Below are positions 1 through 7,560 of a stretch of DNA of 64,000 nt, piece by piece (within the stretch, counting starts at the first letter, position 1; the number at the start of each line of letters is the position of its first letter). The notes below the pieces were generated by a model. That model saw nothing but the letters and a program-made list of their open reading frames with translations, was not told the origin of the DNA and did no database searches. The stretch lies in NCBI GenBank assembly GCA_030600585.1, contig JAUVLU010000002.1:2740-66739 (forward strand). The letters run 5' to 3'. Both the position numbers and the translations under genes were made by a program. The stretch comes from Candidatus Cloacimonadota bacterium (GTDB taxonomy: Bacteria; Cloacimonadota; Cloacimonadia; Cloacimonadales; TCS61).

Positions 1-371
1 TGTTCATCACACTCTTCTTCCCCACTCTAATTGCAGCTTCAGATCAATTCTCCTGTCTTCCACATGAATATCTTGATGAGGGACATGTTCTGGGAGCTTC
101 TCAATTGCAAATGTTTCTTCATATTGAACTTCCGCTTACACTTCCCTCTCTATTAAATTTATTCCGAATAATCTGGGGATTGGGTTGGACGGTAATAATC
201 GCTGCAGAAATGCTGGGTGTTAGTAGTGGAATGGGCTTCAGACTTCTGGATTTTCGTTACTTGTTAAAATATCCGGAAATGTTGATCTACTTTATTATTA
301 TGGGTTTTACCGGTATTCTCTTCGATTCAATTCTTAAAGTATTAATTCAATCTTATAATAAAAAACTTTAA
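1..371 (+). CDS. ABC transporter permease, C-terminal part (SsuC/TauC/NrtB-like); 5' end lies outside the window
   Basis: Frame 3 is open from the window edge to the TAA at 369-371. Translation ...HVLGASQLQMFLHIELPLTLPSLLNLFRIIWGLGWTVIIAAEMLG... matches the conserved C-terminal membrane region of binding-protein-dependent permeases. Confidence 0.75.
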   Translation, partial: FITLFFPTLIAASDQFSCLPHEYLDEGHVLGASQLQMFLHIELPLTLPSLLNLFRIIWGLGWTVIIAAEMLGVSSGMGFRLLDFRYLLKYPEMLIYFIIMGFTGILFDSILKVLIQSYNKKL

Positions 372-383
372 TAATAAGCTATT

Positions 384-535
384 GATCTCGTTCCCAATCC
401 CCTGAGTTTGATCTCGTTCCCAATCCCCTGAGTTTGATCTCGTTCCCAATCCCCTGAGTTTGATCTCGTTCCCAATCCCCTGAGTTTGATCTCGTTCCCA
501 ATCCCCTGAGTTTGATCTCGTTCCCAATCCCCTGA
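384..535. repeat. Perfect 26-bp tandem repeat, about 5.8 copies (unit gatctcgttcccaatcccctgagttt)
   Basis: Unit starts at 384, 410, 436, 462, 488 and 514 with no substitutions. There are no spacers, so it is not CRISPR. Confidence 0.95.
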
Positions 536-645
536 TTGGGAACGCATAATAAAACCCTTGTTTGTTATGTTCCCAAAGTGGGCTTTGGGAACAAGTATAA
601 CAATTGTAAACTTGTCTCGTTCCAAAAGTGGGCTTTGGGAACGAG
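519..645. repeat. Three REP-like palindromes sharing gttcccaa / ttgggaac arms
   Basis: cgttcccaat-cccctg-attgggaacg (519-544); gttcccaaag-tggg-ctttgggaac (569-592); ctcgttccaaaag-tggg-ctttgggaacgag (616-645). Confidence 0.85.
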
Positions 646-744
646 AATCACTCAGTTTAAAAATATATAATTGTTTATTCTAACTTGACCAACCATAGTT
701 GAATACCAAAAATGCCCGTAGAGATCATGAGTAGAGAATGAAAA

Positions 745-1368
745 ATGAAAAAGAATATTATAGCAATAATTGCCGATGGAGAGAAAGTTAGTAATATCGG
801 GAAAATCCTGAAGAATGCTGATATCATCATCGCTGCAGATGGTGGAGCAAATCTGTGCAGGTCACAGAAAATAATACCGGATTATATTATTGGTGATCTT
901 GATTCTATCACGCTGGGAAATCTGAAGCTTTTCTCAAAATCCAAATTAATTAAAATTACCGGGCAGAATCATACCGATATGCAAAAAGCTCTTGAATATG
1001 CATTATCACTAAATCCAACTAAGATAATCATAATTTCGGTATTCTGTAAAAGAATTGACCATTCTTTAGCAAATATTCTCATCTTCCAAAATTATAATGA
1101 ATCTATTCCTTTGGAAATTTATGACAATTTTGGTGTGATGAATTTTTATACTCCGGGCAAATATACATTAACATTACAGCGGGAGCAAACAGTATCATTT
1201 TTCTCATTATCTCCCATTAAAGGTCTTTCTTTGCAGGGATTTAGGTATCCTGTTAATAATGCAAATTATTCAAGAAACTTCATTGGTGTAAGCAATGTTG
1301 CTATTACAGAAAATTGCACGATCGAGTTTCAAAAAGGGAAATTGATCTGCTGCATAATTACAGCTTGA
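745..1368 (+). CDS. thiN: Thiamine pyrophosphokinase
   Basis: 207 aa. Motifs IIAADGGAN, IIGDLDSI, NHTDMQKALEYAL and RIDHSLANI, plus a C-terminal thiamine-binding beta domain (GFRYPVNN), match the TPK family. Confidence 0.8.
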   Translation: MKKNIIAIIADGEKVSNIGKILKNADIIIAADGGANLCRSQKIIPDYIIGDLDSITLGNLKLFSKSKLIKITGQNHTDMQKALEYALSLNPTKIIIISVFCKRIDHSLANILIFQNYNESIPLEIYDNFGVMNFYTPGKYTLTLQREQTVSFFSLSPIKGLSLQGFRYPVNNANYSRNFIGVSNVAITENCTIEFQKGKLICCIITA

Positions 1369-1506
1369 CATTCAATTCAGTTTTTTTGAAATTAATATCA
1401 TAGAAAGATGTTAATGGATTAATTTCTATAGGAAACTAAAAAAACTTGCGTTTTATTGCAGGTTAAAAAAATTGAAATTATAAAAAATAAATGCACAGGA
1501 GGAAAC

Positions 1507-3099
1507 GTGAAGAAAATTATAATTTCCATACTTATACTACTTATTATCAGCAGCATCCTTTTAGCTGATGTTCAAAAAGTAGCTATACTCGATTTTAGTA
1601 ATAATGATAGAGAAAGTGGTTATGTCGCCAGTTCTTTAATGAAGAGAGATTTTAACAAGGTTTTTGAAGAGTTGGAAGATATCGAACTGATAAATATCAA
1701 AGAATCTGAGAAAGTATTTAAAGCATCCGGAATTACTAATCTTTCATATGCAGGAACTGAAGATATTGCCAACATGGGTGCCAAACTTAGTGCTGATATT
1801 GTTATTTGGGGAACTGTGTCAACAGAGTCCGGATCAAGTTTCAAAGTAGTTGCCAAGATATATAGTATGCAGTCTAAAGATGTTAGTGTAATCTCCTTTT
1901 GTGTTGAGAAAAAGAGTAAGCAAAGACAGCAGACTATTTCAGAAAAACTTATTCCTAATATCCAAGAGTTAGGTGCAGGTGAAATAGAAAAACTCCTTAA
2001 TATTGGTGTACAGCACTTCAGTTGTAAGAACTATACATCAGCAGAAGAGACATTTTTAAATCTTATTGATATAGATGCTAAAAGCAGAGACGGATATTTT
2101 TATCTTGGTCTTATCAAATTTATAGAAAAAGATTTTAATGCTTCTGCTGAATATTACAATAAAGCATTGGAAATTGTACCCGAAGATAAAGATATTCTTA
2201 ATTTTTTAAGTAGATCATATTTAAAAATGGAAGATTATGAACTTGCTGCTGAAGCACTTGAAAAAATCACAGAATTCAAAGATAATAAAGAGATCTGGCT
2301 GAGGATCGGAAATATCTATGCTGAGCTGCAATATACAGATCAAGCAAAAGAAGCTTTCAATAATGCGATTGAAATAGATGAAGAATATTTTGAAGCATTT
2401 CAGGCTCTGGGTGAACTTCTTTATAATATGGAATTTTATGATGAAGCTATAAAACCCCTGGAAACTGCTTCCAATGCTTTTCCTGATGATGATGATTTGC
2501 AAAAGAAACTTGCCAAATGCTATCACAAAACCGGTAAACTGGAAAGTGCTATTGAAAATTACCGGCAAATGGTTATAGATCAACCTGAAAATAAAACAGC
2601 ATATATGAACCTTGCCGGTGCTTATAGAGAGACAAATCAAAACAGCAAAGCTCTTAAAGTTCTTAACGATCTCAAAACTCTTGATCCTATGAATGCTAAA
2701 GTATATCTACGATTAGCGGATGTATATATAGCTCTGGAAGAATTTGCTAAGGCAATACATAATGCAAACAAAGCAATTGAACTTGATGAAGAGCTTTATG
2801 AGTCTTATCGTGTATTAGCTTCTATCCACCAAAAAATCGGATATAAGAAATACGAAAAGTTCCTTGAATTTGAAGAATTGTATAAAGATAAAAGTGTTTA
2901 TTATGGTGATAAAGCTGATGAACTGGTTGAACAACGTGATAAAGTAAAAGCTGAAGCCAATACTAATTTTATAAAAGCAGAATACTATCTTGCTGAAACA
3001 GAAAAAAGAACTGATAAATCTTCAGTTATTAGTGATATTAATAAAACCAGAATAACTCTAAAGCAACTTAAAGAAGCTACTAAATCCGGTGGATTTTAA
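1507..3099 (+). CDS. Secreted TPR-repeat protein
   Basis: A GTG at 1507 lies 3 nt after the GGAGGA Shine-Dalgarno and starts a signal peptide (VKKIIISILILLIISSILLA). The ORF-track start at 1456 has no RBS. Multiple TPR units are present (YFYLGLIKF..AEYYNKALEI, WLRIGNIYA...AFNNAIEID, and others). Confidence 0.75.
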   Translation: MKKIIISILILLIISSILLADVQKVAILDFSNNDRESGYVASSLMKRDFNKVFEELEDIELINIKESEKVFKASGITNLSYAGTEDIANMGAKLSADIVIWGTVSTESGSSFKVVAKIYSMQSKDVSVISFCVEKKSKQRQQTISEKLIPNIQELGAGEIEKLLNIGVQHFSCKNYTSAEETFLNLIDIDAKSRDGYFYLGLIKFIEKDFNASAEYYNKALEIVPEDKDILNFLSRSYLKMEDYELAAEALEKITEFKDNKEIWLRIGNIYAELQYTDQAKEAFNNAIEIDEEYFEAFQALGELLYNMEFYDEAIKPLETASNAFPDDDDLQKKLAKCYHKTGKLESAIENYRQMVIDQPENKTAYMNLAGAYRETNQNSKALKVLNDLKTLDPMNAKVYLRLADVYIALEEFAKAIHNANKAIELDEELYESYRVLASIHQKIGYKKYEKFLEFEELYKDKSVYYGDKADELVEQRDKVKAEANTNFIKAEYYLAETEKRTDKSSVISDINKTRITLKQLKEATKSGGF

Positions 3100-3116
3100 T
3101 TAGCAGATCATATTGC

Positions 3117-3154
3117 AAAATCCCCTTTGGAAATTTCCAAAGGGGATTTTTTTA
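3117..3154 (+). terminator. Rho-independent terminator after the TPR gene
   Basis: Perfect palindrome aaaatcccctttggaaa/tttccaaaggggatttt followed by a T-run, 18 nt after the stop. Confidence 0.8.
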
Positions 3155-3548
3155 TTAAGACCTTGCGAATGGTCACAGACCTTCGCAATGGTTAATTTTT
3201 ATCAATTTTGTCATTCTCAGCTTGACTGGGAATCTCATAGATTCCCACTTTTCATCCTTCGCAGTAACCTGCTACGGAGAATGGATTGTGGGAATGACAA
3301 ATATCAATAGCCTATGCGTTTTTAACCTGTGGAATCCTTTTTTATTCCACCGGGTTACGCATAGGTTGAGTTGAATAGAAATAAGTGTAACAAATTTAAA
3401 CTAACCTTGAAAGTGTTAAGCAAGAAAAAAAAATGAAAGAAACATTTTCAAGGTACTTGAAAATTATTTTTGATTTTAAATATAATAGACTCTTCGTCGA
3501 ATGTCTTTGTAATCCCGAAAGCTTTCGGGACTCAAAAAGACGAATTTG

Positions 3549-4415
3549 TTAATTTTTATTTTGCATTTTATAAGCAAGCAGAACATTATTCAGTAACATT
3601 GCAGTTGTTATTGTTCCAATGCCGCCGGGTACGGGAGTGATTGCTGAAACTTTTTCAAAGCAAGCTTCATAATCGACATCACCCACATATCTATAACCTT
3701 TTTTAGCATCCTCTATTTGGTTTACTCCAACATCGATAACAATTGCATTTTCGCTTACCATATCAGCTTTGATGAATAAAGGTTTTCCAATTGCAGCAAT
3801 GAGAATATCTGCTTGTTTTGTGTGGAAAGTTAGATCTTTAGTTCTACTGTGACAAACAGTTATAGTTGCATTTCCTAAATTAGATTTTCTTAACAATAAA
3901 TTTGCGAGTGGTTTTCCTACAATATCACTTCTGCCAACAATAACAATGTGTTTCCCATTTGTTTCAATTTCGTAATATTTAAGAAGTTCTAAAACTGCTG
4001 CTGGTGTACAGGGAATGAATCCTTCTCTATCAAGAACAAGATTTCCCATATTTAAAGGATGGAACGCATCAACATCTTTTCCGGGATCGATCTGCATAAC
4101 AATTTCAGATTCATTTATGTGTGAAGGCAGCGGTTTTTGCAGCATTACTGCATTTACTTGTACATCATTATTCAAAGTATTGATCTTCTTTAATAATGAT
4201 TGTTGATCAATTGAAACATTTAGAATTATGGTTTCAACTTTAATGCCAATCTTTGAACCCTTTTTTTCAAGATTCTGCACATAATATTCTGCAGCCGGAT
4301 CGTTTCCAATAAGCAATATTACTAATTTTGGTGTGATCTTATTTAGTTCAATATCTTCTTTGATACTTCCGTAAATTTCTTTGGCAATTTTTTTTCCGGA
4401 TAGTCGTTTACTCAT
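3549..4415 (-). CDS. folD: Bifunctional 5,10-methylene-THF dehydrogenase / methenyl-THF cyclohydrolase
   Basis: 288 aa. Contains PCTPAAVLELL, VIVGRSDIVGKPLANLL and TPVPGGIGTITTAMLL, all hallmark FolD motifs. Confidence 0.95.
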   Translation of the reverse strand: MSKRLSGKKIAKEIYGSIKEDIELNKITPKLVILLIGNDPAAEYYVQNLEKKGSKIGIKVETIILNVSIDQQSLLKKINTLNNDVQVNAVMLQKPLPSHINESEIVMQIDPGKDVDAFHPLNMGNLVLDREGFIPCTPAAVLELLKYYEIETNGKHIVIVGRSDIVGKPLANLLLRKSNLGNATITVCHSRTKDLTFHTKQADILIAAIGKPLFIKADMVSENAIVIDVGVNQIEDAKKGYRYVGDVDYEACFEKVSAITPVPGGIGTITTAMLLNNVLLAYKMQNKN

Positions 4416-5190
4416 TGTATTTTCTCAGTATCCTTTGAATTCCAGTTGCTTTTCCGGTATTTTCATCAATTCCAACCACAATTGCATTTATCTGTAGTCC
4501 ACCTTTACCCGGATTATACTGTTGAGGCATTGAAGTTATCATTTTTTTAATAACGATATCCTTATCAACACCAATACAAGAATCATGCGGGCCTGTCATT
4601 CCTACGTCGGAAATATATGCAGTTTTATTTGGAAGGATCTCTTCATCAGCAGTTTGAACGTGAGTATGAGTTCCCACCAGAGCACTTACACGTCCATCAA
4701 AATAAAAACCTAAAGCTCTTTTCTCACCTGTTGCTTCAGCATGAAAATCAATAAAGATATTATTGGTTACTTTCTTTATTTCAGGTAAGATTTTATCAAG
4801 AGCAATAAATGGTGAATCGATCGGGCTCATATAAACCTGTCCAATCAAATTGACCACAGCTAATTTTGATTTCCCTACATTTGCAATATACAAAGTTGCA
4901 CCAACTGCTTTTTCAGAATAATTAAGCGGCTTGAGGATTCGCGGTTCTCGTTTTAGATATTCAATTGAGTCTCTTCTATCCCAAATATGGTTACCGCTGG
5001 TAAAACAATCGATACCACACAAGAATAATTCAGCAGCTGTTTTTTCCGTTATTCCTTTTCCATGCGCAGTATTTTCTCCATTAGCAATACAAAAATCAAT
5101 TTCAAATTCTTTTCTTAATTCAGGAAGATACTTTTTCATCAAGTTTCTTCCGGGTGAACCGAAGATGTCACCAATAAATAAAATATTCAT
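4408..5190 (-). CDS. ymdB: YmdB-family metallophosphoesterase (2',3'-cyclic-nucleotide 2'-phosphodiesterase)
   Basis: 260 aa. Contains MNILFIGDIFGSPGR, NGENTAHGKG, IDFHAEATGEK and GTHTHVQTADEEILP. It sits directly downstream of rny, as in the Bacillus rny-ymdB operon, and overlaps both neighbours. Confidence 0.9.
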   Translation of the reverse strand: MNILFIGDIFGSPGRNLMKKYLPELRKEFEIDFCIANGENTAHGKGITEKTAAELFLCGIDCFTSGNHIWDRRDSIEYLKREPRILKPLNYSEKAVGATLYIANVGKSKLAVVNLIGQVYMSPIDSPFIALDKILPEIKKVTNNIFIDFHAEATGEKRALGFYFDGRVSALVGTHTHVQTADEEILPNKTAYISDVGMTGPHDSCIGVDKDIVIKKMITSMPQQYNPGKGGLQINAIVVGIDENTGKATGIQRILRKYNE

Positions 5191-6758
5191 TATTTTGCAA
5201 TCGCTGTTTGTCGTGTTTCACGAATGACTAAAACTTTGATCTGCCCGGGATATTGCATTTCTGCTTCTATTTTTTCTGCAATATCAGAAGCTACAAATGC
5301 TGTATGTTTATCATCAACTGCGACAGGATCCACGATTATTCTCAATTCGCGTCCGGCTTGAATAGCAAAAGATTTATTAACACCTTCAATTGAGTTGGCT
5401 ATTTCTTCCATTTTAGTAAGACGTTTCATATATGTTTCAAGCATTTCTCTTCTTGCGCCCGGTCTTGCACCGGAAACAGCATCTGCAACCTGTGTAAGAA
5501 CTGCATAAACACTTTGATATTCGACTTCTTCATGATGAGCTTCAATAGCATTAACAACTATTTTGCTTTCTCCATTCTTACGTGCGACATTTGCACCGAG
5601 ACTGGCATGTGAACCATCATATTCGTGGTCTATTGCCTTTCCAAGATCATGCAGGAATCCGCAGCGACGTGCTAGTTCCTGATCAAGATTTAATTCAGTT
5701 GCAAGAATACCACAGATCCAAGCTGCCTCTATGGAATGGCGAAGAATATTCTGTCCGTAACTTGTACGGTATTTCAATCTTCCGATAAGTTTTACAATGT
5801 TTGGTGAGATGTTATGAATATTTGTTTCCATACATGCTTTCTCGCCGATCTTAATAAGATTGTTATCCATTTCTTTTGTAATTTTTTCGATAACCTGTTC
5901 GATGCGTCCCGGATGAATTCTGCCATCCTGGATCAATTTTTCCAGAGAAAGGCGAGCAATTTCCCGACGCACCGGATCGAAGCCTGAAAGAACTACAGCT
6001 TCGGGAGTATCATCGATGATCAGATCGATTCCAGACGCTTGCTCAAAAGCCCTGATATTTCTGCCTTCTCTACCTATTATCCTTCCTTTCATTTCATCAT
6101 CCGGAAGCGAAACAACTGAGACAGTAGATTCGGAAACGTAATCGACAGCAACCCTTTGAATAGCTGTAGAAAGGATTCCGGCGACAAGTTGATCTGCTTC
6201 CGCTTTAGTATTCTCAGCTATTTTACGGATTTCTTTTGCAGCTTCGTTACGAGCTTTATTTTTCAGATTATTTTTCAGGATCTGAATTGCTTCATCACGA
6301 GACAGTTTTGCGATTTCGGATAATTTTGTGTTCTGCTGTTCAATCAGTTCATCAAGTTTTTCTTTTTTAGAAGCTATCTCGATATCTTTATCCTTAATTT
6401 CTTTTTCAAATTCTTGAAGTTTATTTTCTTTCTTATCGAGATTTTCTAATCTGTTATCAAGTTTTATAACCCGTTCGTTGTATTCCTTTTCCAGTGTGTA
6501 AATCTCACGTTTACGAGTATTGATCTCTTCTTCATAATTTTTTTGAACTTTGTACCATTCTTCTTTCGCTTCTAAAACAGCAGCTTTCTTCAAATTTTCC
6601 GTTTCTTGTTTTGCATCATTGATTATCTTCTTAGCAAATTCATTTGAAGAAAGAATTTTTTTATCAGCAGAAGATTTCTTTACGAAATTTATGATCAGGG
6701 AAATAAAAATCCCGACCAGAAATGCACCTCCAATGTAAATTATATTTATATCGTGCAT
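5190..6758 (-). CDS. rny: Ribonuclease Y
   Basis: 522 aa. N-terminal TM helix, long coiled coil, KH domain (GRIIGREGRNIRAFE) and HD domain (LHDLGKA). Confidence 0.95.
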   Translation of the reverse strand: MHDINIIYIGGAFLVGIFISLIINFVKKSSADKKILSSNEFAKKIINDAKQETENLKKAAVLEAKEEWYKVQKNYEEEINTRKREIYTLEKEYNERVIKLDNRLENLDKKENKLQEFEKEIKDKDIEIASKKEKLDELIEQQNTKLSEIAKLSRDEAIQILKNNLKNKARNEAAKEIRKIAENTKAEADQLVAGILSTAIQRVAVDYVSESTVSVVSLPDDEMKGRIIGREGRNIRAFEQASGIDLIIDDTPEAVVLSGFDPVRREIARLSLEKLIQDGRIHPGRIEQVIEKITKEMDNNLIKIGEKACMETNIHNISPNIVKLIGRLKYRTSYGQNILRHSIEAAWICGILATELNLDQELARRCGFLHDLGKAIDHEYDGSHASLGANVARKNGESKIVVNAIEAHHEEVEYQSVYAVLTQVADAVSGARPGARREMLETYMKRLTKMEEIANSIEGVNKSFAIQAGRELRIIVDPVAVDDKHTAFVASDIAEKIEAEMQYPGQIKVLVIRETRQTAIAK

Positions 6759-6787
6759 TATTTACCTCACTTTGATCTATTATTTTA

Positions 6788-6952
6788 CCCGCGATACCGT
6801 GTACCATGTACTTCTGGAACCTTGGAACAAGGTGGACGTCTACCGTTTTTTGCTTTACATCTCCGGATCATGTCCGGTTCATGCGCCACAAAGGGCCTGA
6901 CTTCCTATTCATAATTGGTTCTGAATATCGATAATATCACGAATACCGCAGG
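6788..6952 (-). ncRNA. ssrS: Candidate 6S RNA (rod-like structured RNA immediately downstream of zapA)
   Basis: GC-richer 165-nt intergenic segment. On the minus strand, 5' CCUGCGGUAUUCGUG pairs with 3' CACGGUAUCGCGGG (14 bp, one bulge, three G-U pairs that would be A-C mismatches on the plus strand). There is an apical hairpin CCGGA-CAUGA-UCCGG and internal complementary blocks (GUGGCG/CGUCCAC, GAACC/GGUUC). The zapA-ssrS synteny is known from E. coli. Confidence 0.55.
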
Positions 6953-6955
6953 CAA

Positions 6956-7228
6956 TTATTTTTCACTAACCTCTATTTCATCTATCAGATCGTTGATCTG
7001 CTCAAACTTTTTTGATAAATTTTTATAATCATCAATTTCAGAAAGATATTTCTCCGTCATCGACAATGCATAAAGAACTAATAATTTATTTTGATCTACT
7101 GTATTAAATCTTTCGTTCAATTTTTCCAGTTGATCTTCTACATACTCGGCTGTTTTTTTCAGCTTTTCAGGTTCATCACTTCTAAAATAATAAGTTCTAC
7201 TGAGAATCTTAATTTCAATAGATTTCAT
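6956..7228 (-). CDS. zapA: Cell division protein ZapA
   Basis: 90 aa. IKILSRTYYFRSDEPEKLKKTAEYVEDQLEKL...LLVLYALSM matches the ZapA fold signature. It lies downstream of pheST, as in Firmicutes. Confidence 0.75.
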   Translation of the reverse strand: MKSIEIKILSRTYYFRSDEPEKLKKTAEYVEDQLEKLNERFNTVDQNKLLVLYALSMTEKYLSEIDDYKNLSKKFEQINDLIDEIEVSEK

Positions 7229-7234
7229 CGATCA

Positions 7235-7558
7235 TTATAAATCATTCAATTGAGTAAAAATGCTATCAATTTTAGTTGATGCTTCTTTCATCTTATCATT
7301 ATAATCATCTAATTGATCACGAAGTTTTCTATTCTCATTTTTCAGGAATTCGATCTCTTCTTTTTGTTTATTATCAGATTCTACTAATCTTAATAATTTT
7401 TCTTCATTATCATTTTTAAATTCACTAAGAGAAGCATTTCGTTTTTCGAGTTCCGTATTAGCAACAATCGCATCGGCATATTTACTTTTTATTTCAGTAT
7501 AACCATTTATCAATTTTTGAATTTTTTCATCCAGACTCAGTACCGATCTCTCTTCCAT
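7235..7558 (-). CDS. Coiled-coil protein, possibly cell-division associated (ZapB-like); function uncertain
   Basis: 107 aa, predicted almost entirely coiled coil, and tightly packed between pheT and zapA. Confidence 0.4.
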   Translation of the reverse strand: MEERSVLSLDEKIQKLINGYTEIKSKYADAIVANTELEKRNASLSEFKNDNEEKLLRLVESDNKQKEEIEFLKNENRKLRDQLDDYNDKMKEASTKIDSIFTQLNDL

Positions 7559-7560
7559 AT

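Noticed and set aside
384-535. Possible CRISPR array
   Set aside because: The repeats are directly abutting with a 26-nt period and no unique spacers, and no cas genes are in the window.
342-625. Two minus-strand ORFs (61 and 85 aa) with repetitive GLGTRSNSGDWERDQTQGIGNEIKLR translation
   Set aside because: They are read-through translations of the perfect 26-bp tandem array and palindromes. The frame drift produces repeated peptide text, and there is no RBS or other coding evidence.
650-744. Possible TPP riboswitch upstream of thiN
   Set aside because: I saw no CUGAGA / ACCUGAUCUGGAUAAUGCCAGCG-type conserved cores, and the region is short and AT-rich.
3113-3310. 65-aa plus-strand ORF in the TPR-folD gap
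   Set aside because: It lies entirely within nested hairpin modules, has no RBS, and its sequence is typical of translated palindromic repeats.
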